Shown here one piece after another: positions 1-8,896 of a stretch of DNA of 64,000 nt. Within the stretch, counting starts at the first letter, position 1; every line of letters starts with the position of its first letter. The DNA lies in assembly GCA_963767005.1 (NCBI GenBank), contig CAVYCN010000002.1:576001-640000 (forward strand), read 5' to 3'. Below the pieces are notes generated by a model that saw only the letters and a program-made list of their open reading frames with translations, made no database searches and had not been told where the DNA came from. Origin of the DNA: an uncultured Actinomycetes bacterium. GTDB taxonomy: Bacteria > Actinomycetota > Thermoleophilia > UBA2241. The translations under genes were made by a program, and so were the position numbers.

Positions 1-222
1 CGCGAGGCCGTCGAAGAGGGTCGCCGGCGCCGCGCCCGGCAGCGCGCCATCGAGGCCGACATCCTGCGCACCGAGAAGCGTCTCGGCGAGATCGACGAGC
101 GCCTCGGCGATCCCGGCACGTACACCGACCGGGGCGCGGCCGCCGCGCTCGCCGGCGAGCGTGAGCGCGCCGCGGTCGCGCTCGAGGAGCTGTACCAGGC
201 GTGGGACGCGATCGCCGAGTGA
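1..222 (+). CDS. C-terminal end of an ABC-F family ATPase (Uup-like coiled-coil C-terminal domain), truncated by the window edge
   Basis: Frame 1 reads REAVEEGRRR...IEADILRTEKRLGEIDERLGDPGTYTD...LEELYQAWDAIAE* (TGA 220-222), the typical ABC-F C-terminal pattern. Confidence 0.75.
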   Translation, partial: REAVEEGRRRRARQRAIEADILRTEKRLGEIDERLGDPGTYTDRGAAAALAGERERAAVALEELYQAWDAIAE

Positions 223-1070
223 CACGGCCCACTTCCGCTGGAGCGCCGGCCGCGGCGATCGCCGGCGTCGTCCCGCCGCCGGCGATCGTGCGGGCGCTGC
301 AGGAGCGGCTGCTCGCGTGGTACGGCGAGCACCGCCGCGACCTGCCCTGGCGGCGCACGACCGATCCCTATGCCATCCTCGTGAGCGAGGTCATGCTCCA
401 GCAGACGCAGGTGCCGCGCGTGATCGCCCGCTACGGACCGTTCCTCGAGCGCTTTCCCACGCTGGCCGCACTGGCCCGCGCTCCGCTGCCCGAGGTGCTG
501 GCCGCCTGGCTCGGCCTCGGCTACAACACGCGCGCTCTGCGCCTCAAGCGCTGCGCCGAGGCGGCGCCCGGCGGCCTGCCGCGCGACCTCCTCAGTCTGC
601 GGGGCCTGCCCGGCGTCGGACCCTATACCGCTCGGGCCGTTCTCGTCTTCGCGCACGACGCCGACCTCGCCGCCGTCGATGCCAACGTGCGCCGCGTGCT
701 GACGAGCGAGCTCGCCCTGCCCCACGACCTCTCCCCCGCGGCGCTGCAGGTCGTGGCCGACGCCGTGCTGCCGCGCGGGCGCTCGCGCGACTGGCACAAC
801 GCCCTCATGGACTACGGCTCGCTCGTGCTCACGGCGCGCGCCACCGGCATCGCGCCGCGGACGCGCCAGACGCCGTTCGCCGGCTCGCCCCGCGAGCGCC
901 GCGCCCGACTGCTACGCCGCCTGGTCGACGACGGCCCGCTCACGCTCGCCGCCGCGGCCGCGGCCCTCGGCGTGCCCCCCGCCGCCTGCCGCGAGACGGC
1001 CGCGAGCCTGGCGGCCGACGGCCTCGTCGTCGAGGACGCCGGCGGCCTGCTCAAGGTGGTCGAGGCATGA
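219..1070 (+). CDS. mutY: MutY-like A/G-specific adenine glycosylase (HhH-GPD), short form
   Basis: RDLPWRRT, ILVSEVMLQQTQV, LPGVGPYTA, VDANVRRV motifs; GTG 219 overlaps the upstream TGA (GTGA). Confidence 0.85.
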   Translation: MTRPTSAGAPAAAIAGVVPPPAIVRALQERLLAWYGEHRRDLPWRRTTDPYAILVSEVMLQQTQVPRVIARYGPFLERFPTLAALARAPLPEVLAAWLGLGYNTRALRLKRCAEAAPGGLPRDLLSLRGLPGVGPYTARAVLVFAHDADLAAVDANVRRVLTSELALPHDLSPAALQVVADAVLPRGRSRDWHNALMDYGSLVLTARATGIAPRTRQTPFAGSPRERRARLLRRLVDDGPLTLAAAAAALGVPPAACRETAASLAADGLVVEDAGGLLKVVEA

Positions 1071-1588
1071 CGGGCGGCGGCGAGCAGACGGGCGTGGGCG
1101 CGACGCCCGGCGCGGCACCGTACGAGATCGAGATCGTACCCGTGGCCGAGCAGGTCTTCGTGTGCTTGGGAGGTCGCGGATCGGTCGGCGAGCTGCGCGA
1201 GCGCGAGCGGCGGCTGGCCGCCGCCCTCGCGGCTGCCGGCGTCGCGCCGGCCGGCCCCGTCATGGCACGCTACCCCGAGACCGGCTACGACCCGGCGGAC
1301 GTCGAGTTCGAGGTCTGCCTGCCGATCGCGCCGCGCCCCGACGGCTCGGTGCCGGACCGCGTGGCCGGCCTGCCGACCGTGCTGATCCCCGCGCACCACG
1401 CGATGGTCGCGCGCCACCATGGTCCCCGGACCGGCCTGGCCGCGGCCCACCACGCCATCGCCGCAGCGCTCGACGACGTCGGCTACCGGCGCGCCGGGCC
1501 CGTCAGCGAGGTGTACCTCGTCGGTCCCGCGCAGGGTGTCCCGGCGAGCGAGTACCTGACCGAGGTGCGCTACCCGTACGCCCGCTGA
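1067..1588 (+). CDS. GyrI-like small-molecule-binding domain protein
   Basis: ATG 1067 overlaps the mutY stop (ATGA); PAGPVMARY, HHGPRTGL, EVYLVGP...YLTEVRYP pattern. Confidence 0.8.
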   Translation: MTGGGEQTGVGATPGAAPYEIEIVPVAEQVFVCLGGRGSVGELRERERRLAAALAAAGVAPAGPVMARYPETGYDPADVEFEVCLPIAPRPDGSVPDRVAGLPTVLIPAHHAMVARHHGPRTGLAAAHHAIAAALDDVGYRRAGPVSEVYLVGPAQGVPASEYLTEVRYPYAR

Positions 1589-1608
1589 GGCGGACCACGG
1601 GCCGTCCG

Positions 1609-2574
1609 TCAGTGGCCGACGGTCAGCGGGATCGTCACCTCGTGGAGCGTGGAGCCGTCCTCCATCGACACCTCCCACACTGACAGGGACACCGTCGGCG
1701 CCCCCGTCGCGAAGGACACGCCGAAGCTGAAGTTGCCGCGCGTGCCGCTGCCCGAGCTCGCCGTGACCGTCTTGCGCGCGAGGCCGGCCCCCGTGCCGGT
1801 CACCAGCCGCGCCGAGAAGGTCGCCTCGAACACGTCGGCGGTGCCGGTCACGCGCAACGGGGCCGTGACGCTGTCGAACGGCGCCGGTGACTCGACGAAG
1901 ATGGGCGGCGTGACGGCCTCGAAGTCGGCGCGGTCCAGCGGCGCGCTCGCGTCGACCCCGCCGTAGGAGTCGACCGCCCGACCGTCGAGCTCGAACCGCA
2001 CGCCCTGCACCGTCGGGAACTGCGTGAGCGTGTAGACGACCTGGGCGAGTCGCGCGAGGGCCGTGCGACGGCCGACCGCGCCGCCGGGCAGCGAGAGGTC
2101 GACCGTGGCGATGCCGTCGTCGATGGCGACGCCGCGCAACGCCGACCCGTGCGGCAGCGCGCTGCGCATGCCGATGCCCTGTTCCCGTGCAAGCGGCCCG
2201 GCCAGTAGCGCCCGGAGGGCGCTGCTGGCGGCGGCACGGCTCTTCGCCACCAAGCGGTGGGCCGTGGCGATGAAGGGCCCCTCGGCCACGGCCTGTCCGG
2301 CCTTCACGCTCATGACCGGCCGCAGGAAGTACACGGAGACGCGCATCGTCTCGGCCGGCGCCTGAGACGGCGCCGTGCTCGCGCTCGCCGTCGGCTGAGC
2401 CGGCGCGCTCACGCTCGCCGTCGGCTGGACGGCCGCGCCGGAGCCGGAGCCCGAGCCCGACCCGGAGCCGCAGGCGAGCAACCCCGTCACGCACAGCGCG
2501 AGGGCCGCGCCGGCGAGCATCGTCGCCGGGACGGGGCTGCGCCACCACCGTCGTTGCCGCGCCGGTCCGTGCAT
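1609..2574 (-). CDS. Lipoprotein with GerMN and C-terminal Ig-like (Gmad2-type) domains
   Basis: Signal peptide with lipobox LLAC, S/P/A linker, ALLAGP, ATVDLS, QVVYTLTQFPTV, PIFVESP, GTADVFEAT motifs. Confidence 0.85.
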   Translation of the reverse strand: MHGPARQRRWWRSPVPATMLAGAALALCVTGLLACGSGSGSGSGSGAAVQPTASVSAPAQPTASASTAPSQAPAETMRVSVYFLRPVMSVKAGQAVAEGPFIATAHRLVAKSRAAASSALRALLAGPLAREQGIGMRSALPHGSALRGVAIDDGIATVDLSLPGGAVGRRTALARLAQVVYTLTQFPTVQGVRFELDGRAVDSYGGVDASAPLDRADFEAVTPPIFVESPAPFDSVTAPLRVTGTADVFEATFSARLVTGTGAGLARKTVTASSGSGTRGNFSFGVSFATGAPTVSLSVWEVSMEDGSTLHEVTIPLTVGH

Positions 2575-2642
2575 GTCGACTCCCCGCTCGCTCGTCGCCG
2601 GCGGCCGGCTGCCGCGGGCCGCCGTCCTTCGTCTCGCTCTTT

Positions 2643-2963
2643 TCAGTCGCGGAACATCGTGAGGACGAAGACGAGGTCGTCCCGCGCCCGCACCGCGTGC
2701 CGCAGCTGCGCCGGCATGTAGTACAGCATTCCGGGTCGCGCCTCGTGCTCCTGCCCGCCGAGCTCCACGGTCCCCGCGCCGCTCACGACGTGGATCACCG
2801 CCGGCACGCTCGCCGTGTGCTCCGACAGCTCCTGCCCCGCGGCGAGGGTGAAGAGGATCACCTTGTGGCGCTCGTTCTCGACGATGCTCTTGCTGACGAT
2901 GCCGTCGCGTGCGAACTCGCTCATGGCGGCCAGGTCGACCGCCACCGCTGCGTCCGTGGTCAT
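2643..2963 (-). CDS. Cupin domain protein
   Basis: LFTLAAGQELSEHT...MPAQLRHAV; SD before ATG 2963. Confidence 0.85.
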   Translation of the reverse strand: MTTDAAVAVDLAAMSEFARDGIVSKSIVENERHKVILFTLAAGQELSEHTASVPAVIHVVSGAGTVELGGQEHEARPGMLYYMPAQLRHAVRARDDLVFVLTMFRD

Positions 2964-3144
2964 CCTTCGTCCTTTCGTCGCCCTCGCCGGCCACCCCGCC
3001 CTGCCGGGCGCCCGGCGCCGGGGCGCTCGCTGCTTCTGGGCACCCGCGAGCATACGCCGCCGGCTCGTCGCCCGCCGCGATCGGCCGTACCAGGGGGACC
3101 AGGAGCGCCGGCCACCGCCCCAGCGGGCACGGCGCGAGCGGCGC

Positions 3145-4515
3145 TCAGCCGGCGTCGACCGGCGAGAAGCAGGCCGGGTAGCGCCGCACCGGCTTCTTGC
3201 GGCGCTGGTAGGTGCGCGCCAGCTCGAGGAAGATGCCGATGTCGCGCTCCATGTCGCTCTGGGTGCCGTCGAAGTAGAAGGTGCGGATCGGCAGACCGTT
3301 CAGGTCGCGGCTCACCGCGGGGTAGATCGCCTCGGTGACGATGCCGTTCATGCAGGTGAAGGGGCTGATGTCGATGATGCCGTCGGCGCCCTTGCCCTGC
3401 AGGTAGATCGTCGTGCCCGTGCTGATCACCATCTCGCCGAGGGCGCCGTCGTAGGGCAGGTACGGCCAGGCACGCTCGAGGATGGCGCCCACCGAGTGCT
3501 CCTCCTCGTAGCCCACGAAGTCGTCGGCGAAGGGCCCGAGCAGGGCGCGCTCGTCGCGGCCCATCACGAACGCCTTGATGTTGCGCACCAGGTTCTCGCG
3601 CGAGAAGCGCCGGCCCTCGTCGGCGAGACGGCGGCGCTGCTCGTCGTCGACGTACCAGACCCACTCGCCGATGCCGGCCAGCCAGCACTCGCCGCCCTGC
3701 TCCTCGACCAGGCGCACGACGTCGGCGTTGGCGAACTGGTTCAGGCGGCAGAAGATCTCGCCGACCACCCCGATCAGCGGGCGCGACCGGTCGTACTGCG
3801 CCGGCACGGCGCGGAAGCGGTCGCGCGCCGCGGTGAGGGCGGCCACGACCGCGTTGCGGCGCTGCCCGTCGGAGACCTCGCGCAGGGCGAGCGCGCGACC
3901 GACGTCGCGCAGCGCGTCGAGGTAGACCCGGTCGGTCGCGCCGGACTCGATCTCGTAGGGCCGCGTGCGCAGCAGCATCTTCATGAGCGCGTCGCTCACC
4001 AGCACGGCGCGCCAGGCGGTGCGGACGAGCGACTGCGAGTACTGGCCGATCGACGCGTAGCCGTCGTTGGAGGTGATCGTGATGATCGGCACGTCGGAGT
4101 AGCCCAGGTCGTCGAGCTTGTGGCGAATGAGGTGCCGGTACTGGCCGAACCGGCAGGGCCCGTTGGCCTCGGGCATGAGGAACGCGACCCTGTCGCGGCC
4201 GACGTCCTCGATCATGCGCAGCAGGTCGCCGACGACGATCTTCTGCGGGTAGCACTCCTCGCCCGACGTCACCGCGCCGGCGAGCTCGATGCTGTGCGAG
4301 GTGGAGTGCGTGGCCGGCCAGCAGTCGAAGCCGATCGAGCGGATGGCGGCGGCGAGCAGGTAGCTGCCGCCGTAGGGCATGTGTGGCAGGTACAGCGTGC
4401 GCCCCTCGAGGCCGAAGTCGCCGATCGCCTGGATGACGCGCCCGTCGGTCGGCGGCGCGACCGGCTCGTCGCGACCGTCGCCCATGACCACCAGTGAGGC
4501 GTACTCGACGCTCAT
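3145..4515 (-). CDS. 2-hydroxyacyl-CoA dehydratase-like / PlsR-type reductase subunit
   Basis: ECYP, GPCRFGQY, RPYE, IGVVGEIF, SPFTCM motifs; starts 3 bp after the activase gene. Confidence 0.8.
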   Translation of the reverse strand: MSVEYASLVVMGDGRDEPVAPPTDGRVIQAIGDFGLEGRTLYLPHMPYGGSYLLAAAIRSIGFDCWPATHSTSHSIELAGAVTSGEECYPQKIVVGDLLRMIEDVGRDRVAFLMPEANGPCRFGQYRHLIRHKLDDLGYSDVPIITITSNDGYASIGQYSQSLVRTAWRAVLVSDALMKMLLRTRPYEIESGATDRVYLDALRDVGRALALREVSDGQRRNAVVAALTAARDRFRAVPAQYDRSRPLIGVVGEIFCRLNQFANADVVRLVEEQGGECWLAGIGEWVWYVDDEQRRRLADEGRRFSRENLVRNIKAFVMGRDERALLGPFADDFVGYEEEHSVGAILERAWPYLPYDGALGEMVISTGTTIYLQGKGADGIIDISPFTCMNGIVTEAIYPAVSRDLNGLPIRTFYFDGTQSDMERDIGIFLELARTYQRRKKPVRRYPACFSPVDAG

Positions 4516-4518
4516 GGC

Positions 4519-7500
4519 CTAGGCCCGCACCGCCGCGCCCGACATCTCGCCCGCAGCCGCGGCGGGCCGGCCGCCCAGCTCGTCGCCGCCCTGAGACCAC
4601 CAGCGCAGGAACCCCTTGCTGTCGAGGTAGGCCTCGCAGCGCGTCATCGCGCCGGCGTCGTTCTGGTGCTCGTCGAACTGCAGCGTGAGGAACGGCTTGC
4701 TCGACGCTCCCCTGATGTAGTGCTTCAGGTAGGAGTCGGGGCCGCACTTGAAGTTCGTGAGGTAGATGATGTGCAGCCGCTCGCGCTGACCGACGTACAC
4801 CGCCGCCTGCAGGATCTTGCGCCCGTAGTTCCAGTACATGTTGGAGATCACGTGGCGCACGTCGATGCCCTTGAGCGGCAGGTAGTCCATCGGGATGACG
4901 TTGACGCCGTAGTACGTGCGCAGCTTACGCGGGATGTCCATGTTGACGCCCTTGTCGTACATGTTGTACGGCCGGCCGATGATGACGATGCCGAGGTCGC
5001 CCGACGCCTCGAGGTCGGCGAGCGCGGTGCGGCCGGCGGCGGCGAGCTGCTCGCGGAAGCGCTGCTGGGCGGCGTCACCGGCGCGGTAGGCCGCGAGCAC
5101 GCGCTCGTCGGTCAGGCCGAGCCGGCGGCTGACCGGCGCCACGTCGGCGACGAACTTGTCGGGCCCCAGGCGGAAGCGCACCCGCGGGATCAGGATGCGG
5201 TCGGCGAACGGCTCGAGCCGCGGCGCGCGGCGCACGACGAAGGGCAGCGTCTGGCCCCATGGACAGGCGTGCGAGAAGACCTCGGGGAACTCGGTCTCCT
5301 CGTTGATCACGTTGGGCAGGAACACGTAGTCGGCGCCCGCCTGGACGAGGGCCTCGACGTGGCCGTGGGCCACCCTGATCGGGAAGCAGGGTTCGGCCAC
5401 GGTGATGTCGACACCGGCCTCGCGGATGCCCTTGTCGGTCTCGCCCGAGAGTAGCGGCCGGAAGCCGAGCTCGGCCCAGAACGTGGCCCAGAAGGGCAGG
5501 CGGTCGAAGGTGTACATGCTGCGCGGGACGCCGATCGTGGTGGGCGCTCCGGCTGCCTCGGCCCGCGCCACGGCGGCTTCGTAGGGCTCCAGCAGCAGGC
5601 GCTCGCGCAGGGCCACGAGGTCGTCGATCACGGGCTGCCTGTCGACCTTGGCGCGCTTGCGGTAGCGGTCGGAGCACTTGTCGCCCCAGTAGGTCTTCTC
5701 GCCCTCGATCGTGAACTGGCGGATGTCGCACTCGTTGGAGCAGTGTTTGCAGACGAAGTCCTTGACCGTGTAGTCGACCGCCGACAGGTCCCAGCCGCGG
5801 AAGGTCGTGACCTCGCCGGTGCGGCTCATGCGCTCGCGCGCGAGCAGCGCCATGCCGATCGCCCCCATCACGCCGTTGTGCGGCGGCACGATGATCTCCT
5901 TGTCGAGGATCTGGGCGAAGGCGGCGGCCACCGCGTCGTTGTAGGCGGTGCCGCCCTGGAAGAAGATGCACTCGCCGACCTTGCGCTCGCGCACCAGGCG
6001 GTTGAGGTAGTTGAAGGCGATGGAGTAGGCGAGGCCGGCCACGAGGTCCTTGCGGGCCGCGCCGCGCGACTGGTAGCTCATCACGTCGCGCTCCATGAAC
6101 ACCGTGCAGCGCTCCCCCAGGCGGATGGGCGCCGTCGATTGCAGCGCGAGCTCGGCGAACTCGCCGACGATCTCGATGTCGAGCTTCTCGGCCTGCTCCT
6201 CGAGGAACGAGCCGGTGCCGGCCGCGCAGGCCTCGTTCATGGCGAAGTCGACGACGATGCCGTCCTGCATCGAGATGAACTTGGAGTCCTGGCCGCCGAT
6301 CTCGAAGATGGTGTCGACCTGGCGGCCGATGCTGCGGCCGATGAAGTCGGCGCCCGTCTTGTGTGCGGTGATCTCGTCGGTGATGAGGTCGGCGCCACAG
6401 AGCTCGCCGACGAGCTCGCGGCCTGAGCCGGTCGTGCCCACACCGAGCACGCGGATGCGGTCGCCGATCTCGTCGCTGATCTCGGCGAGGCCGGCGTCGA
6501 CCACCTCGACCGGCCGCGCCTGTGTCTTGGTGTAGATCGCCTTGACGACCTCGCCGGCCTGGTCGAGCACGACGAGGTTGGTCGAGACCGAGCCGATGTC
6601 GATGCCGAGGTACGTGTCGACGATGGCGCCGTCGGCCGGGAACTCGTAGGGCCGCGCGAGGTCGCGCAGCAGGAGGACGTTGTCGGTCGCGAGCGCATCG
6701 GCCGTGGGGAACACCGCGGCCGGCAGCCGGGCGGGATCGAGCGTCACGCCGTGTGCGTCGCCGGCGCCGTCGCTCGCGCGACCCGCGTCGGCCTCGATCA
6801 GGGCGGCGCCCACGGCGCCCATCCAGGCGTAGAGGTCGGGTACGAAGAGCTGGCCGTCGTCGAGCCCGAAGGCGTCGCGCACCGCCTGCACCGCGCCTTT
6901 GTTGGCGGCCACGCCGCCGATGAAGGCGACAGGCGGCGCGATCAGCTTGCCCTTGGTGATGGTGCCCTTGTAGTTGCGCACGACGGCGTCGCACAGGCCC
7001 TTGAGGACCTCGGGCGGCTCGTAGCCCTTCTGCTGGGCGTGGATCATGTCCGACTTGGCGAACACGCTGCAGCGCCCGGCGATGTTGGCGGCCCGACCCG
7101 CCGAGACGACGATGTCGCCGACGTCCTCGATCTCGTAGAGCAGCCGGCTGGCCTGCTGGTCCATGAACGAGCCGGTGCCGGCCGCGCAGTCGCCGTTGGT
7201 CTGGTAGTCGGCGATGCCGGTGCGACCGGTCGTGGCGTCGGTATCGAGCCGCAGGAACTTGGACGACTCGCCGCCCATCTCGAAGACGGTGACGACGTCG
7301 GGGTGCAGGCCGGACAGACCGCGCGCGATCGCCTTGAACTCGTTCTCGTAGGTGGCGTCGAGCGCCTGACCGATGAGGCGGCCACCCGAACCCGTAACAC
7401 GCACGCCGCGCACGCGGTCGGCCGGCACGACGGCGAACAGCTCGTCGAGCAGCACCCGGGTGGCCTCGCTCGGGCTGCCCTTGATGCGGCGATAGTTGGT

Positions 7501-7665
7501 GACGACGACCGGCCGGTCGCCGGCGCGCACGACACCGCCAGGGGACACGTGGAGGAGGTCGGGAGCCTGGACGGCCGCTGAAGCCAGGAAGTCGAGTTCG
7601 TCAGCGTCTCCGACCAACGCGGCCTTGAGGCTGATGCAGCCGATGTCTATGCCCAGGAACGCCAT
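4519..7665 (-). CDS. CoA-substrate-specific enzyme activase with two ASKHA ATPase domains plus DUF2229-like domain (PlsA/Ger-like)
   Basis: Two repeats of GIDIG...TGSG...E(M/I)GG..SK...CAAGTGSF...RC(S/T)VF; CKHCSNEC; EPCFP, CPWGQ, GRPYN, FKCGPD. Confidence 0.9.
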   Translation of the reverse strand: MAFLGIDIGCISLKAALVGDADELDFLASAAVQAPDLLHVSPGGVVRAGDRPVVVTNYRRIKGSPSEATRVLLDELFAVVPADRVRGVRVTGSGGRLIGQALDATYENEFKAIARGLSGLHPDVVTVFEMGGESSKFLRLDTDATTGRTGIADYQTNGDCAAGTGSFMDQQASRLLYEIEDVGDIVVSAGRAANIAGRCSVFAKSDMIHAQQKGYEPPEVLKGLCDAVVRNYKGTITKGKLIAPPVAFIGGVAANKGAVQAVRDAFGLDDGQLFVPDLYAWMGAVGAALIEADAGRASDGAGDAHGVTLDPARLPAAVFPTADALATDNVLLLRDLARPYEFPADGAIVDTYLGIDIGSVSTNLVVLDQAGEVVKAIYTKTQARPVEVVDAGLAEISDEIGDRIRVLGVGTTGSGRELVGELCGADLITDEITAHKTGADFIGRSIGRQVDTIFEIGGQDSKFISMQDGIVVDFAMNEACAAGTGSFLEEQAEKLDIEIVGEFAELALQSTAPIRLGERCTVFMERDVMSYQSRGAARKDLVAGLAYSIAFNYLNRLVRERKVGECIFFQGGTAYNDAVAAAFAQILDKEIIVPPHNGVMGAIGMALLARERMSRTGEVTTFRGWDLSAVDYTVKDFVCKHCSNECDIRQFTIEGEKTYWGDKCSDRYRKRAKVDRQPVIDDLVALRERLLLEPYEAAVARAEAAGAPTTIGVPRSMYTFDRLPFWATFWAELGFRPLLSGETDKGIREAGVDITVAEPCFPIRVAHGHVEALVQAGADYVFLPNVINEETEFPEVFSHACPWGQTLPFVVRRAPRLEPFADRILIPRVRFRLGPDKFVADVAPVSRRLGLTDERVLAAYRAGDAAQQRFREQLAAAGRTALADLEASGDLGIVIIGRPYNMYDKGVNMDIPRKLRTYYGVNVIPMDYLPLKGIDVRHVISNMYWNYGRKILQAAVYVGQRERLHIIYLTNFKCGPDSYLKHYIRGASSKPFLTLQFDEHQNDAGAMTRCEAYLDSKGFLRWWSQGGDELGGRPAAAAGEMSGAAVRA

Positions 7666-8032
7666 ACCGGAATTGTTCGGACCTCCCCGAGGGCTCGTAT
7701 GAAAGCCCCGTGTAGGGTAGCGGCCCGAGCCTCATCCCGCAAGCTCCGCGCCGCCAGCCGAAATGAAGACTAACTTCATCCGCTTTTTCGGTCAACCGTT
7801 CCCGGCGAGCCGCGTCCGCAGCGCCGCCGCCGGGGCCGGCTCTACCGTCAGCGCGGTCGGGCGCTCTACGGTGACGGCGCTCGTGCAGCTTGCGGTCGCG
7901 GCGGTCGTGCACCTCGCCGACGCGCCGACGTCACCTCGACGGGCGCTCTCGTCATCTGTCGACGACGAAAGCCCGTCGCTAGGGTCGTGGCCGCACGGAG
8001 AAGCCCGGACGACGTCGACCCCCGGAGGAGCA

Positions 8033-8833
8033 GTGAACACGCAGCCATCCCTGACCAACACCGAGCGCCGCGACGACGTGCTGTTCCTGGTGCAGCGCTA
8101 CGAGGCGACCGGCCAGCGCCCGCCCGACCTGCTCGACGACGACGACAAGCGACGCTTCCTGGCCGGCGACACGCACACTCAGCACCGCCTCTTCTTCCGC
8201 CTGCTGTGCTACGGAGCGCTCGCCGCGCAGCCGGCCCCCGAGGCGCTCGTGCGCGCCGACTGGCAGCGCCTGCGCGCCGCCGGACTGCCCGACGACATCT
8301 TCGACCGTCGTTTCGACGTCGAGCGCTTCGCCGCGGCGGCGCCGGTGGCCCGCACCGACAGCAAGGGCCGCGTCATCGACTTCGTGCGGCTCTCGGAGAC
8401 GCGCGACGTGTGGGCCCGCCTGCTGCCTTGGCCGGCCGACCCCGCGACGGTCGTCGACGTCCTCTACGCCTGCTCCGGCGGCGCCCTCAAGTCGCGCGCC
8501 TTCTGGGTCGTGCGCGAGATGATCAGGATCGGCCTGTGGCAGCCCGCCGGTCTCGACCGCTTCGCCTGCGTCCCCGACGGACGCGTGCGCAAGCGCGCGG
8601 CCCGCATCGGTCTCGTCGATTGTGACGAGAAGGCCGACGCGATCGACGACATGAAGCTCGTCTCGGCCGGACTGCATGCGGCCCTCGGGCTCGGCGGCAA
8701 CGGCACGCGCAGCTACTTCGACCTGCCGCTGTCGACCGCCGAGCAGCGCTGCGAGGTCTGCGACCGCGAGCGCATGGCCGAGTGCGCCATGCCCCACTGC
8801 CGGCACCGACGGGCGACGCTCGGCGCCGACTAG
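8033..8833 (+). CDS. Hypothetical protein, divergent HhH-GPD/N-glycosylase-like with C-terminal four-Cys motif
   Basis: GGAGGAG SD before GTG 8033; VPDGRVRKRAARIGL resembles the HhH-GPD helix; terminal C-x2-C-x7-C-x4-C. Confidence 0.6.
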   Translation: MNTQPSLTNTERRDDVLFLVQRYEATGQRPPDLLDDDDKRRFLAGDTHTQHRLFFRLLCYGALAAQPAPEALVRADWQRLRAAGLPDDIFDRRFDVERFAAAAPVARTDSKGRVIDFVRLSETRDVWARLLPWPADPATVVDVLYACSGGALKSRAFWVVREMIRIGLWQPAGLDRFACVPDGRVRKRAARIGLVDCDEKADAIDDMKLVSAGLHAALGLGGNGTRSYFDLPLSTAEQRCEVCDRERMAECAMPHCRHRRATLGAD

Positions 8834-8889
8834 GCGCGCAGCGAAGCTACGCCAGCTTGAGCGGCGGCGACGAGGTCGACCCGACCGGC
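8830..8889 (+). repeat. Dispersed ~59-bp REP-like repeat, related to the 44814-44910 copies
   Basis: CTAGGCGCGCAGCGAAGCTACGCCAGCTTGAGCGGCGGCGACGAGGTCGAC closely matches the reverse complement of 44852-44908. Confidence 0.8.
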
Positions 8890-8896
8890 GCGACCG

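Noticed and set aside
2376-2470. DNA repeats in the GerMN lipoprotein gene
   Set aside because: They encode an ordinary low-complexity linker (GSGSGS, QPTAS twice)
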